DNA of 64,000 nucleotides from a bacterium (lineage in GTDB: Bacteria; RBG-13-61-14; DATKZS01): the NCBI GenBank assembly GCA_963674965.2, contig CAXXFL010000007.1, forward strand, positions 416,001-480,000. Reading direction: 5' to 3'. The position numbers and the translations under genes were made by a program. The first letter of the stretch is position 1. Each line of letters begins with the position of its first letter. Below the pieces are notes generated by a model, which saw nothing but the letters and a program-made list of their open reading frames with translations, ran no database searches and was not told where the DNA came from. Positions 49,630 through 60,443 of this stretch are shown in pieces.

Positions 49630-51297
49630 TTATTTATTATCGACTACTTCCCACATAGTAACGATCACGGGACCTTGAATCTGGAGCACGGGCTTGAACC
49701 TTTCGGGCCATTTTTCCAGCATGGGCCGGAGGGCCTCGATATTGAAGCCGGTGATAAGGTAATCGACCTTATTATCCTGGATGTTTTTCCACTGTATTTC
49801 GGGCCTGTGATCGGGCGGAATGAAAACCGACTTTCTTCCGCTGTACATATAGGTAATCATGGGAATGCGGCTCATGACGACGGCGTCCGGCGGGATTGTA
49901 TTTCTTGCGGCGGCGTTAATGATCAGGAAGTTGGTTTGCAATTTGATCCTGGAGGTCATGGCGAACCGGGCGTCCCGGTAGGACACGTCGTATTTAGCCC
50001 AGTTAATAATAGGTTTCTTCCACGAGCCGAACCCGGTGACGTAGACGGGTTTTTTAGGTTCTCTTCCGTCGGCGAATTTATCCAGCGTCAGTCCGCTGAC
50101 GGAGAAAACCTGAGCGGCCGCCGCGATGGCGATCACGGCGTACAGGGCGCAGGCGCCGATCTTTTCCCCCGCCGCCCGCTTCATGGCCCACTCGATTGCG
50201 CCGTACAGATAAAAGCAGGTAAGGGCGACCAGGGGATACAGGAACCTGTCCTCCTGGTATGGCCACACGAGAAGGATGAGGAGCGAGACGATATAGAAAC
50301 AGGACATGGCCCTCTCTCCCCGATAAATCTCCCTTATCAGGCCGGCCATGGCCATCAGGCCCAGGGCCCATCCCAGGACGTTCGCGACCTTGTTGGGCAA
50401 AGGAAGAATCCAGGTGACGCAAAACGAGTGCATGCCTAAAAGGGGGACGTGGTATTTCAGGTTGTTCAGCACCCTTTCGGCCAGGTCCATTGGCCCAATG
50501 GTACCCATTTCGAGGCGGTAAGGGTCCTTGGCGAAAAACTGTCCGGCGTAGACGGCGGACTCGCCGCTCACGATCTTGTTTCTCAGCGCCCATGCAAAGG
50601 CCAGCGCGATAAAAACGGCGGCGACCACCATCCAGGACTTGATCCTGATTTTTCCGATTCGCGTCATCGAGCCCCTCGACCAAAGAGCAAAGGCGACCGC
50701 GGCGAGGAGGGCCACCCCGGCGGTCCTGGTGAAGTAAGCGGCCATGGCCAGGAGCGCCATTGCCACCGTCCTTTTCGCGCTTATGTTCTCGTCCTTCCAG
50801 TCGTGCAAAAGATAGAGCGTGAGCGCGCAGAAGAGGAGGTAGAGCGGCTCGGACAGGAGATGTCCGCTCTGGATATAAACGAGAGGAACGGTCCCGAAAA
50901 TCAATCCAAACACGAGGCCGGCGGCTTTCTTCCCGGCCACTTTCGCGGCGAGGGCGGCCAGTATGACGGCCGCGGCCACGTTGGCCAGAATAATCATGGC
51001 GTGCATGGCGGGAAGGGGATTGTCGAATACAAGGTTGGGGGGAGCGAGGAAGAGGGGGAACATGAATGGGTACTTGGTATGTGGCGGCTCGCCCGCCAGG
51101 AAGAGGTCCACGTATCCCTTGCCCTCGGCGATCGACCGGGAGAGGAGGAAGTAAACGGCGTTGTCTCCTCCCAGGTGCCCGCCCAGTTCCGCCGAGACCG
51201 CGGTCATGTGGAGGGAAGCGAGAACGACCGCGAGCGCCGCCCACGGCCACGCCCTGGGGGCGAATTGCCCGAGCGCCGGTTTCAATTGCCCATCCAT
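49630..51297 (-). CDS. GT-C (ArnT/PMT-like) membrane glycosyltransferase
   Basis: GDNAVYFLLSRSIAEGKGY, YPFMFP, LSEPLY, FTRTAG, RFLYP; many TM helices. Confidence 0.7.
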   Translation of the reverse strand: MDGQLKPALGQFAPRAWPWAALAVVLASLHMTAVSAELGGHLGGDNAVYFLLSRSIAEGKGYVDLFLAGEPPHTKYPFMFPLFLAPPNLVFDNPLPAMHAMIILANVAAAVILAALAAKVAGKKAAGLVFGLIFGTVPLVYIQSGHLLSEPLYLLFCALTLYLLHDWKDENISAKRTVAMALLAMAAYFTRTAGVALLAAVAFALWSRGSMTRIGKIRIKSWMVVAAVFIALAFAWALRNKIVSGESAVYAGQFFAKDPYRLEMGTIGPMDLAERVLNNLKYHVPLLGMHSFCVTWILPLPNKVANVLGWALGLMAMAGLIREIYRGERAMSCFYIVSLLILLVWPYQEDRFLYPLVALTCFYLYGAIEWAMKRAAGEKIGACALYAVIAIAAAAQVFSVSGLTLDKFADGREPKKPVYVTGFGSWKKPIINWAKYDVSYRDARFAMTSRIKLQTNFLIINAAARNTIPPDAVVMSRIPMITYMYSGRKSVFIPPDHRPEIQWKNIQDNKVDYLITGFNIEALRPMLEKWPERFKPVLQIQGPVIVTMWEVVDNK

Positions 51298-52955
51298 TAT
51301 CTCTGGTAGATCACTTTTCCGCCCACAATGGTCTTTAGAACCTGGATATCTTTTATTTCCTCGGGCGGCACGCTCGTCAAGTCCCTCGAGAGTACGGCCA
51401 TGTCGGCGAGCTTGCCCTCGGTTATAGACCCTTTTTCATTCTCCATAAACTCGGCGTAGGCCGACCCCATGGTATAGCAGTAAAGCGCCTCGAGGGGGGT
51501 GAAGCGCTCGTCCGGGTTGAGAGGTCCGAGGGTCCCGGCCTTGTTCATTCTGGTGGTGGCGTAATAAATATTTAGGAGGGGCTGGTAATCGACCTCGGCC
51601 GGCACGTCGGAGCCGAAGGACACGTGGACCCCGCGCTTGAAAAGCGAATGGAAACGGTAGGCCTTTTTGGCCCTTTCCGGTCCCAGCAGGACGAGGTCCT
51701 TGTCGGGCGAGGAGATGGTAAAGGGCTGGACGCAGGCGAGCAGTCCAAGTTCCCTCATTCTGTCGATATCCTGGTCCTCGATAAGCTGGACGTGCTCGAG
51801 TCTTATTCTGAGGTCCCTGGTCCAGGGGTACTTGGCCTGGGCCATCTCGACGGCGTTTATCACTTCATGCACGGCCCTGTCGCCGATCGAGTGTATGGCG
51901 ATTTGCCGGTGATTTTTGGCCGCGTTCATTACGATTTCGCGAAGTTCCCCGACCTCGTAGCGGGGCTCGCCGTAGTTGTCGGGCTCATCGGCGTAGGGCT
52001 CGGTAAGCCATCCGGTCCTGGTGGAGAAGGCCCCGTCGGAGAAATATTTCCATGGTCCTTTCCTTACCCAAATATCGTCGAAAGAAGCCAGGGCCATTAG
52101 CCTTGCAGCGCCCTTGGCCTGGCCGTAGGGCCAGCAGCAGAAGCGGCAAGTCAGCTTGCCTTTCCTCTTGTAATCGGTCAGGAGTCTCGCGGTTATGGGC
52201 TCCCAGGTGTTGTCCTGAACCGAGGTAATGCCCGCTTCCGCGTAAAGGTCGAGGATTTTATCCATGGCCTGGCGATGCTTTTCCTTGTTCAGGAGCCGCT
52301 TGGCTATCCTCATATAGCCGGCGTTGCCCATGGCGGTATCTCGCAGAATTCCGGTGGGTCCTCCATTTTCGTCCCTCACGATTTGGCCGCCCTCGGGGTC
52401 TGGGGTATCTCGGCCGATCTTCATTTTCTCGAGCATGGCCGAGTTGGCCCAGGCGGCGTGTCCGGAGTACTGGGTCAGGAAGACCGGGTTTTGGGGCGCG
52501 GCCTCATCGAGGATGGACTTGTGTGGTCGGGGACAATCGGGGTAATCCCAGGAGCTTCCGAAGATGGTCTCGCCGGGCTTTTTCCTTTTCGCCTCCTCCT
52601 TTATGATCTCGGCGATTTCCTCGCAGCTTTTTCCCCAGAGGATGGGCTCGAGGAAAAAGGTCCCCGCTCCGAATGAATGCACGTGGTTGTCGTTGAACCC
52701 TGGAATCAGGGTCATTCCCTCGAGGTCTATCTGGACCGCGTGAGGTCCGGCCATCTCCCTGGCCCGGCTGGAGTTTCCCACATAGGCGATCCTGTCGCCG
52801 GCGACGGCCACGGCCTCGGCGCGGGGCATGGCCTCGTCCACGGTAATGACGTTGGCGTTATAGAGGACCAGGTCCACGATGTTTTCCCGCCTCGTCTCGG
52901 CGCGCGTCCCCATGGCGGAAGACAAGACAAGGGCCGCGAGGATTATCCTTTTCAC
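51297..52955 (-). CDS. Amidohydrolase family 3 (YtcJ-like)
   Basis: PGFNDNHVH, SGHAAWANS, HSIGDRA, RLEHVQ, FGSDVP, GSITEGKLADMAVL. Confidence 0.88.
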   Translation of the reverse strand: MKRIILAALVLSSAMGTRAETRRENIVDLVLYNANVITVDEAMPRAEAVAVAGDRIAYVGNSSRAREMAGPHAVQIDLEGMTLIPGFNDNHVHSFGAGTFFLEPILWGKSCEEIAEIIKEEAKRKKPGETIFGSSWDYPDCPRPHKSILDEAAPQNPVFLTQYSGHAAWANSAMLEKMKIGRDTPDPEGGQIVRDENGGPTGILRDTAMGNAGYMRIAKRLLNKEKHRQAMDKILDLYAEAGITSVQDNTWEPITARLLTDYKRKGKLTCRFCCWPYGQAKGAARLMALASFDDIWVRKGPWKYFSDGAFSTRTGWLTEPYADEPDNYGEPRYEVGELREIVMNAAKNHRQIAIHSIGDRAVHEVINAVEMAQAKYPWTRDLRIRLEHVQLIEDQDIDRMRELGLLACVQPFTISSPDKDLVLLGPERAKKAYRFHSLFKRGVHVSFGSDVPAEVDYQPLLNIYYATTRMNKAGTLGPLNPDERFTPLEALYCYTMGSAYAEFMENEKGSITEGKLADMAVLSRDLTSVPPEEIKDIQVLKTIVGGKVIYQR

Positions 52956-53021
52956 GATTGTTTCCTTTTTTCATGCTCTTTGTTTTCGGATTCTTCCGTC
53001 CCCGGGACGGCATACGCGAAC

Positions 53022-53462
53022 TTAGCGCGACAAAATGTCGTCAATGGCCCCGAGGCCAAGGATATAGCTGTTTACCCCGAACCCGGATATGACGCCCGCG
53101 GCCGCGTCGGAAAGGTAGGATTTGCGCCGGAACTCCTCGCGCGCGAACACGTTGGAAAGGTGGACCTCGACGAAGGGCAGTTCCACGGCCAGGAAGGCGT
53201 CCCTGATGGCGATGGACGTATGGGTAAAGGCCGCGGGATTGATAAGAATGGCCTGGAAATTACCAAGCGCATTTTGTATGGCCTCCACTATCTCTCCCTC
53301 GTGGTTGGACTGCATGAACTCGATCTCCAGTCCCAGTTCATCGGCCAGGACCGACAATTTATCGTTAATGGACGACAAGTCTTCCGAGCCGTAGACCTCG
53401 GGTTCCCTCCGTCCCAGGAGGTTCAAGTTAGGTCCATGGATGACCAGCACCCTTTTGGCCAT
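53022..53462 (-). CDS. aroQ: Type II 3-dehydroquinate dehydratase
   Basis: [46 protein letters not shown]. Confidence 0.97.
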   Translation of the reverse strand: MAKRVLVIHGPNLNLLGRREPEVYGSEDLSSINDKLSVLADELGLEIEFMQSNHEGEIVEAIQNALGNFQAILINPAAFTHTSIAIRDAFLAVELPFVEVHLSNVFAREEFRRKSYLSDAAAGVISGFGVNSYILGLGAIDDILSR

Positions 53463-53466
53463 GGGG

Positions 53467-53826
53467 CTAGAGTTCCTTTAAGACCGAGGGCGCGCTGACC
53501 CTGAGCAGGAACCTTCCCTTTCCCTGATTTCCTCCCGGCTCCATGATGAGCGCGATGAAGTACTCGGGATTGATCACGCGGAGCAGGGTCAGGTACTTGT
53601 CGGTGGTAAGGGCGAGTTCCTTGAGGCTTCCCGCGTCCATGGCCTCGGAGGACCTGGATATTTCCTGGAGCAGGTTGGCGTACTCGATGCCCAGGGTCTC
53701 GAGGTCTATCTCCACCTCGGGCTTCACGTAAGAACTGAGGCTGATCCCGTCCGAGGCCATTATGACCGCGGCCAGTCCACCGGCCGTTTTCTCCACCGCG
53801 TTCTCCACCACTTCCTCGAAAATCAT
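53467..53826 (-). CDS. Roadblock/LC7 protein (MglB/MglC-like)
   Basis: 119 aa with IMASDGI and [11 protein letters not shown]; located downstream of pilQ like myxobacterial mglC. Confidence 0.75.
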   Translation of the reverse strand: MIFEEVVENAVEKTAGGLAAVIMASDGISLSSYVKPEVEIDLETLGIEYANLLQEISRSSEAMDAGSLKELALTTDKYLTLLRVINPEYFIALIMEPGGNQGKGRFLLRVSAPSVLKEL

Positions 53827-55280
53827 CTCTCACCCTCCTCGCCCGTTTTCATTCTGCTCACGAAAGACTTTAACACGCTCAGCTTACCCGCGTCCGGCAC
53901 GTCGCTTTTTTCATCCTCAGGCGCGTGGTCCCCCTTCATCTCGACGGGAGCCTCGGCCCTGACCCGTGAGGAAGGAACGAAGAAGTCGTCCTCCCCCGCC
54001 GCCTGGCCGCCGGCGCCGGCGGGAACGTCCCCCTCGGCGGCGGCCGCGTCGTCGCCATTATCCGCCGCGCCGTCATCCTCGGACGAGTCGGTACCCGGCG
54101 GAGTTGAGATATTTTCAACGCCGTCTTCCCCGGCGGATTCCCCTTTCTCAAGTATGGTCTTGTAAATAATCTCCTCAGGGTCCAGGTTTTTTTGCTCGCA
54201 GGCCCGGGCGAACTCGAAATAAAGGTCCTTATCTCGCGGATTGGCCTTTATCTCCTCGGCCATAACCTCGAGGGCCTTGTTGTAAAAACCCTGCTCCCAG
54301 AAAAGCCTGGCCATCTTGCAGGTCTTGATGGGCACGTCGCCGCCGTCCTCCGGCCCCTCTTCCGATCCGTCCGCGAGTTCATCGGCGTCGCCGGCGTCGG
54401 CTTGGGTCTCGCCCACTTCCACCTCGGGTTGGTCGCCGGTCCGGATGTTCTTCGCCGCAGCCCCTTGGAAGAAAAGGTCCAGCTTTTGTTCAACCTCGAG
54501 GCCGGGGCGCTTGGCGGCGGACGTCTCCGGCTCGGCCGGATTTTCGAGGTCCTCGCCTCCATCCATCTTTTCATCATCAAAAAGGCGCCGCTCTTCAGAA
54601 TTATCATCATCCTCGGTATCCGGCCCCTCATCTTCGGGCCGGGGCGCCTCGACGGTCATGGGTTCCCCGTCAGCCTCTTGAGGTCCGGCGTCCGTCTCCA
54701 TGTTTTTTTCCGTCTCGGCGTCTTCTTCATGGGGTCCTATTTCCCCGTCAGTCTTTTCCCCACTTTGCACGCCGGTCTTTTCCGCGTCGTCTTTTTCTTT
54801 ATCTGGCTCTTGTTCCGTTACCGAGGGCGTCGATTCTTCCACCCTGGGCGAGGTTGCCTCGAGTATATCGAGCCGGTTTTTGGCCCTCATGTCCGTGGGG
54901 TCCAGGATGGAAAGCGCCCGGTAGGCCCTGAGGGCACTATCGTGGTCACCCTTTCTATCGTACAGGTCGGCGAGCGCCCTTTGGGCGACGATGTTCTCGG
55001 GGTTCATGTGAACGACTTTCTCGAACAACTCGACGGCCTTGTCCAGTTGCTCGTCCTCATGGCAGGCCTGGGCCAGCACGACGAGGCCGCTTAAGTATTT
55101 GGGGTGTTTTTGCAGTCCGTCCTCGGCGACCCTGATGGCGTTCCTGGTCTCGCCCGCTCGGCGCAGGGAGTCGGCGAGGGCCGCGAACAGCCTCGAGTTC
55201 GGGTCCTCCTTGAGGGCCTTTTTATATTTGTCGATCTCCTCTTGAAGACCGGCTTTTCCTTTTTCAGCACGGACCGCCAT
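53823..55280 (-). CDS. TPR protein with long acidic low-complexity regions
   Basis: DPNSRLFAALADSLR, HPKYLSGLVVLAQ TPRs; later MARLFWEQGF motif; Asp/Glu-rich linkers. Confidence 0.75.
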   Translation of the reverse strand: MAVRAEKGKAGLQEEIDKYKKALKEDPNSRLFAALADSLRRAGETRNAIRVAEDGLQKHPKYLSGLVVLAQACHEDEQLDKAVELFEKVVHMNPENIVAQRALADLYDRKGDHDSALRAYRALSILDPTDMRAKNRLDILEATSPRVEESTPSVTEQEPDKEKDDAEKTGVQSGEKTDGEIGPHEEDAETEKNMETDAGPQEADGEPMTVEAPRPEDEGPDTEDDDNSEERRLFDDEKMDGGEDLENPAEPETSAAKRPGLEVEQKLDLFFQGAAAKNIRTGDQPEVEVGETQADAGDADELADGSEEGPEDGGDVPIKTCKMARLFWEQGFYNKALEVMAEEIKANPRDKDLYFEFARACEQKNLDPEEIIYKTILEKGESAGEDGVENISTPPGTDSSEDDGAADNGDDAAAAEGDVPAGAGGQAAGEDDFFVPSSRVRAEAPVEMKGDHAPEDEKSDVPDAGKLSVLKSFVSRMKTGEEGER

Positions 55281-55398
55281 CGGCTACTCCAAATAATCGA
55301 TAGATTATCCTTTTTCCCCCTCCGTTGTCAATGAAGATCATTTTATATTAACGCCTTTTGGTCCAGGCGCGGGTTGCCGCTTCACGATAAAAAAGTCG

Positions 55399-55423
55399 AG
55401 GGGCCTCCTTGAGAGAGGCCCCT
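55399..55423 (-). terminator. Terminator-like hairpin after the pil operon
   Basis: AGGGGCCTC/GAGGCCCCT stem with a nearby A-tract on the plus strand. Confidence 0.55.
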
Positions 55424-55545
55424 TAAAAGACGTTATCATATCGAGTTTACTATCCTTGTTTTCGTCATCGGGTTTCCGGCCGGCCTCCGAATAATATGTT
55501 ATGCCTTAATATGGCCACCTCAAGTGACGAACCGATCAGCCGCTC

Positions 55546-56133
55546 TTAGGGTATCAAGTCACACGTGTTCAGGTTGCTGAACACGAGCCAACAACTCCAC
55601 ACCGCCGAAAAGCTCTCGTTAAAATCGTTTACCCCGTAGAAGGTGAACCGGGCCTGATAGGTCGGGTCCAGAGCGGGGTTTCCACCATTGTTAAGAAACT
55701 CGTTGACTTTGGCGGAAGAAATAATGAGCATGCCCTCGACGTCCGCCGAATCTTCCGGCGCGAGGTGCAGGGAGAAGGCCACGTGTCTTTCGTCGGAAAT
55801 AGGAGCGGCCCCCGGATCGGAACTGTTGTACTCCACGCTGTAGGATATAACGTGAAGAGTCGACACGTTATCCAAATCATCGGTCAAAGGCACGTTCTCG
55901 AAGCTCAGGTCTCCCAAATAGTGCCTATCGGGCTCGTAAGCGTTTTCATCAACGCACCAATCGTTAACCGCGTCGATATAGGGATCAAGCTCCTCGAAAT
56001 TGATCTTCAGGTACGATCCGGTATTGTTAATTCCCTCCGTCGCCGGCCCCTCGGGCTCGTCGGAGCAGCCTCCGACGTACAGGAGACAACCGATCACGAG
56101 GCAGACAACCATGAAAAAAGATTTCTTAGACAT
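55546..56133 (-). CDS. Hypothetical lipoprotein downstream of pilQ
   Basis: MSKKSFF...LLYVGGC lipobox; ATG 56133 after GGAGG. Confidence 0.65.
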   Translation of the reverse strand: MSKKSFFMVVCLVIGCLLYVGGCSDEPEGPATEGINNTGSYLKINFEELDPYIDAVNDWCVDENAYEPDRHYLGDLSFENVPLTDDLDNVSTLHVISYSVEYNSSDPGAAPISDERHVAFSLHLAPEDSADVEGMLIISSAKVNEFLNNGGNPALDPTYQARFTFYGVNDFNESFSAVWSCWLVFSNLNTCDLIP

Positions 56134-56171
56134 TTTCAAACCTCCCAGAGTCATTCAGTTAATCTTCCATC

Positions 56172-59100
56172 TCAACCGCCGGCCACGGCGTCGCCGACCA
56201 TCGACCCACCCGGATGGATTATCTGCGGCGTCAGGAAGATTATAAGTTCCTCGTTCCGGGTCTCGGTTATTTCATCCCTGAACATCCAGCCGACGACCGG
56301 CAGGTTTCCAAGGTATGGTACCTGTAAGGAGGGGTTGCTTTCCTTCAGCTTGAAAATCCCTCCAATAACGGCTGTCTCGCCGTCCTTCAGCATAATCACG
56401 GTCTCGGCCTGCTTCCTGGATATGCCCGGCGCGTCGGCGTCCGGCAGACTGATAGGCTCGTTGTTGGCGGCCCTTATCTCCATGGTGATGGAGTTGTCCG
56501 CGGCGACGTGCGGCGTAACCGTGAGTTCCAGGGCCGCCTCGACGAAGGTCCAGCCTTGGGACTGTCCCGTCAAGGTGGCGGGAGGCGGATAGGGTATGCT
56601 GACGCCCTGCTCGATGACCGCTTCCTCGTCGCTGAGGGTCAGTATCCTGGGGCTGGACACTATATGAATCTTTTCCTGGGCCTCGAGGGCTCGGAGCATG
56701 ACGTCCAGGTTCGCGACGCCGGAAATGGAACCGACCGTCAGGCCCAGGGCCCCGCCGCCCGAGCTGTTGACGCCGGTATTGGCCGCGGCCGCTCCGGCCC
56801 CACCCAGAGTGGCTCCGCCGATGGAGACGTTGCCCGGAAAGTTCAATCCCGTGGGGTACCCGGTGGAGGGGCTGGCGTTGATGTTGGTCCCCCAGCTCAC
56901 CCCAATCTCGCGGGACACGCCCACGGTGGCCTCCACTATCCTGGCCTCGATGAGCACCTGCTTGGTGGGCCGGTCCAGGGCGGAGACGAGCTTTATCGCC
57001 TCCTCCACCTGGCTGGGGATGTCGATTATCAGCAAGCTGTTGGTCCTTTTATCCGCCTGGGCGCTTCCTCTTTTGGGAGTCAGGACCGGCTTGATTATCT
57101 TGACCATGTCGTTCGCCGCCAGGTAGTTGATAGGCACGATTCGAGTCTCGAGCTTCTCGTACTTTTGTTCTCTTTCCCGAGCCAGGATTTCCGCCTCGAT
57201 CTCCTTCTCCAAGGTCTCCTTGTTGGCGACCCTTATGATGTTGCCCTTCTCGACCTTGCCCAGTCCCTTGGTCTCGAGGATAAGGTCGAGGGCCTGGTCC
57301 CAGGGAACGTTGTCGAGCTTGATGGTGATCTTGCCCTTGACCTCGTCGCTGACGACGATGTTCATGCCGCTAACGTCGGCGATGGTCCTGAGGGCGTCGA
57401 GGATGTCCATGTTCTTAAAGTCCAGGCTTATGGGTGGGCCGGTGTACTGCACGCCGGTTGGTCCCATTACGTCGCCGGCGGAGGGGACCCCGCCCATGCC
57501 CTGGCCGCCGGTGGCTATCTCGCCCCGCGGTCCGAAGAGCCCGGACTCGGGCGCTCCACCCAGGCCCAGGCTGCCCGGATAGTTCTCGAAGCTGAGGCTC
57601 AGCTTGTTGTCGAAGGTGTTCCACTTGCTGGCGGCCCACCCCCTCATGACCACGACCACGGCGACCTCGTTGGGCTGGTCGGGGCTCTGGAAGACCGAGA
57701 ACAGCTCGATGGGGCTGACGAACTCGGTGGTGTCATAGGACTTGTTCTGGTCCGCCTGCACCTGGGCGTTGGAGATGAACAGGGTAACGATCTTCTCCTC
57801 GGGGTTGTCCTCGCGGACCCACTTTTCCCGCCGGATGGGACGGTCGGCGTGGATGACGATGGTGGACGCCTCGTTGGTGTACTCGAACTTGACGCTGTCG
57901 ATGTAGGTCACGCCGACCTTGCTGTCCCCCTCCTTCTGGAAGCCCGACTGAATGCCGGGGCCCCAGTCCACTCCCGAGCCCGGGCCCATGGGAGAGGGAT
58001 TATCGGTCTTGATCCTGACCTTTTTCTGCTTGTCCCTGCTGATCTCGACTCCCTCGCCGGGCGGCGCGGGTTCCATGGTGGGACCGCCCCACTCGTCGTT
58101 TTGGGCGACGTCCATCACGGGCCAGTCGGCGGCCGCTGGCGAGACCGTCTCCGGGGAGTCGCTCGCCTGTCCGGGCGAGGTTTCCGTGACGGCCACGGTC
58201 GAGACGTCGCCGGCCGAGGCCACGTCCAAGGACTCGCTGAAGGTCACGCTGAGCTTTTGTCCGTCCTTGTCCAGTCTGAAGCTCGGTATTTCGCCCTTGG
58301 CGTCGAAGACGAGCCTTAGCTTGTCGGCGTGCTCGCCCACTCTCACCTCGCCTATGCCCTGGCTTTCGATAGACTTTTTGGCAAGCTTGTTCGCGTTCTT
58401 GATTCCCCAGAGGTCCACGACCAGCCGGTCGGGCTTATCCAGGGTAAAGGCGCTGTAGTCTCCGACCCGCCCGTCCATCATAAGGTCCACGCGGGCCCTG
58501 TCGTTCTCCTGGACCACGTCGATGTCCATGAGTTTTTTCCCGAGATCGCTCGAGGCGGGCGCGGCATCCCGGGCCGGCTCCGCGGCGGCGCTGGAAATGG
58601 GGCTCCACGCCCATTCGCCGTCGCTCGCGGCCTCGGAAGCGGCCACGTCGGTCCCGCTCTCCACCGTCAGGTCTCCGCCTCCGATCTCGAAGAGGTCGTC
58701 AACCTTCTCCGAGCCGCTGAGGGGGCGGAACTCGACGACGAGGTTGCCGTCCTTTTTGGTGACCTCGTAATCCAGGTCCTTTTCGAGGTTGGCGATCATC
58801 CTGACCCCAGGCTGAGACCCCTCGGCCTCGGGCTCGATCGGCTTGACCTCGACGTCCTGCAGGAACTGGTCGGCCACCGGTATGGTGGACTGCACCTCGC
58901 CCATTTGAGCGCCCTTGAAGTCGACCACCACCCTTAAGGGGTCCTCCCATTTGAAAACGCTATAGGGAATAGTTTCCGGAGAGGCCGTGACGATCACGCG
59001 ATCGGACCCCTCTCCCTTCTCAACGGCGACCCCGTTGATACTGGCCGAGGCATCCTGAACGCCCCGGGTGGAGCCATCGCCCTTCTTCATGGCCGAACAG

Positions 59101-59186
59101 CCCCAATTGGCCTGCGCCAACACGAGACACGCGAGCGCAATTGCCAGGCTTTTCCAGCTTCCGCTTTTCACATTCCTCTCGCACAT
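56172..59186 (-). CDS. pilQ: Type IV pilus secretin with multiple AMIN domains
   Basis: PLRVVVDF and PDRLVVDL AMIN motifs, YTGPPISLDF, VPWDQALD, QVLIEARIVE, GETAVIGG, ELIIFLTPQI; start taken as ATG 59186 after GGAGGAAGG. Confidence 0.95.
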   Translation of the reverse strand: MCERNVKSGSWKSLAIALACLVLAQANWGCSAMKKGDGSTRGVQDASASINGVAVEKGEGSDRVIVTASPETIPYSVFKWEDPLRVVVDFKGAQMGEVQSTIPVADQFLQDVEVKPIEPEAEGSQPGVRMIANLEKDLDYEVTKKDGNLVVEFRPLSGSEKVDDLFEIGGGDLTVESGTDVAASEAASDGEWAWSPISSAAAEPARDAAPASSDLGKKLMDIDVVQENDRARVDLMMDGRVGDYSAFTLDKPDRLVVDLWGIKNANKLAKKSIESQGIGEVRVGEHADKLRLVFDAKGEIPSFRLDKDGQKLSVTFSESLDVASAGDVSTVAVTETSPGQASDSPETVSPAAADWPVMDVAQNDEWGGPTMEPAPPGEGVEISRDKQKKVRIKTDNPSPMGPGSGVDWGPGIQSGFQKEGDSKVGVTYIDSVKFEYTNEASTIVIHADRPIRREKWVREDNPEEKIVTLFISNAQVQADQNKSYDTTEFVSPIELFSVFQSPDQPNEVAVVVVMRGWAASKWNTFDNKLSLSFENYPGSLGLGGAPESGLFGPRGEIATGGQGMGGVPSAGDVMGPTGVQYTGPPISLDFKNMDILDALRTIADVSGMNIVVSDEVKGKITIKLDNVPWDQALDLILETKGLGKVEKGNIIRVANKETLEKEIEAEILAREREQKYEKLETRIVPINYLAANDMVKIIKPVLTPKRGSAQADKRTNSLLIIDIPSQVEEAIKLVSALDRPTKQVLIEARIVEATVGVSREIGVSWGTNINASPSTGYPTGLNFPGNVSIGGATLGGAGAAAANTGVNSSGGGALGLTVGSISGVANLDVMLRALEAQEKIHIVSSPRILTLSDEEAVIEQGVSIPYPPPATLTGQSQGWTFVEAALELTVTPHVAADNSITMEIRAANNEPISLPDADAPGISRKQAETVIMLKDGETAVIGGIFKLKESNPSLQVPYLGNLPVVGWMFRDEITETRNEELIIFLTPQIIHPGGSMVGDAVAGG

Positions 59187-59282
59187 GAGTACCTTCCTCC
59201 CTGCATTTGCAGCTTCAACCTTCCCCGTAGAGGGATCTATATTAGATACGGCGATCGTCATTTTCCCGCCTTTAAAAACCGG

Positions 59283-59828
59283 TTACCGGCCCCTCTTTTT
59301 GCCGCCCTCGTTGATCTTCATCACTTTCTCGATGATGAAGGTGTCCGTGGGATGGTCCGGGTCCATGTATCTTTCCTCGATAATAAGCTGGTCCTTCTCG
59401 ATGTACTTGACCTCGCCCCCGTGCTTGCCCAACTGGTCGCCCAGCCTGACCACCTGGTCGGACCCGTCGGGCAGCCTTATATAAGCCGCGTCCATGCCCG
59501 AGCCGATGATTATGCCCTGGAGCACCATCTGGTCGAGATCGTAGAGTATCGGCTTGTCGCCTGGATCGGGCTCGGGCGGGACGAGGAAGGGGTCCCATTT
59601 GTCGGTGGGATCGTATTTCCATTTCTCTTTTTCGTCCGCCTTGGCCAGGTTGGTCATCTCGGCGGCCGCGGCTTTTTTGCTTCTCGAGCTCCTGGCCGAG
59701 CCGCTCGAGCTCGAGTCGGTGTTCCGCGCCGGGCTCGGCGGGGGCTCGCTACCGCATCCCGCGCCAAACGTTACGGATGCCGTTAAAAACCCTATCGCCA
59801 GCAGTGATATTTTCGCCTTTTTCAGCAT
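59283..59828 (-). CDS. pilP: Type IV pilus lipoprotein PilP
   Basis: Lipobox GAGC, YDPTDKWDPF, YDLDQMVLQGII, GDQLGKHGGEV. Confidence 0.9.
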   Translation of the reverse strand: MLKKAKISLLAIGFLTASVTFGAGCGSEPPPSPARNTDSSSSGSARSSRSKKAAAAEMTNLAKADEKEKWKYDPTDKWDPFLVPPEPDPGDKPILYDLDQMVLQGIIIGSGMDAAYIRLPDGSDQVVRLGDQLGKHGGEVKYIEKDQLIIEERYMDPDHPTDTFIIEKVMKINEGGKKRGR

Positions 59829-59840
59829 AGCCGCGTCCCC

Positions 59841-60407
59841 TCATTCCTTGAATTTGTAGGTTTTAGCCGTGCAGGATATATCCACGAGATTGTCGGCCGA
59901 TTTGCCGCTGTTCTTGATGCTGATCCCCGTGAAATTCACGATCCTGGGCAAAGTAGCGACCTTATAGAAGAAGTTCATCGAGTAAAGGTACTGGCCGTTG
60001 AACTTGAGAGATATGGGCACCTCGATATAGAGGTTTTCCTTGGCCGATTCCTTCTCGGGCGTGAACTGCTCGAAGGATATCCCGTTTTGTTTGCCAATAT
60101 CGCTGATGTCCAAAAGGAGCTTTTCCATTTCCGTTTCCGTCGGCAGTTTTTCCTTGGCCTTTTCGAGCTTCCTCTCTTTCTCTTTGAGCTCTCTGTCCAG
60201 TTTTTCCCTGTCCTTCTCGACGGTTTCCAGTTTGGCCAGCTCCGCTTTCTGCTTTACCAACTCCTGCTGGGCCGTTTCCAGTTCCTTTGCCAGCTTGGAG
60301 TGAACAAAGAAGAAGTAGCCCCCGGCCATCAGGATGATGATCACTACCAGAATGATAAGTTTCTGGATAAGCGGCATCTTGACCAGTCCATCTGTATTTA
60401 AAGCCAT
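59841..60407 (-). CDS. pilO: Type IV pilus assembly protein PilO
   Basis: TM helix plus coiled coil, LPTETEMEKLL, YIEVPISL, LPRIVN. Confidence 0.92.
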   Translation of the reverse strand: MALNTDGLVKMPLIQKLIILVVIIILMAGGYFFFVHSKLAKELETAQQELVKQKAELAKLETVEKDREKLDRELKEKERKLEKAKEKLPTETEMEKLLLDISDIGKQNGISFEQFTPEKESAKENLYIEVPISLKFNGQYLYSMNFFYKVATLPRIVNFTGISIKNSGKSADNLVDISCTAKTYKFKE

Positions 60408-60443
60408 TTTCCCCTCCCGGCTCCGAGCGCGCGTTCCTTGGCG

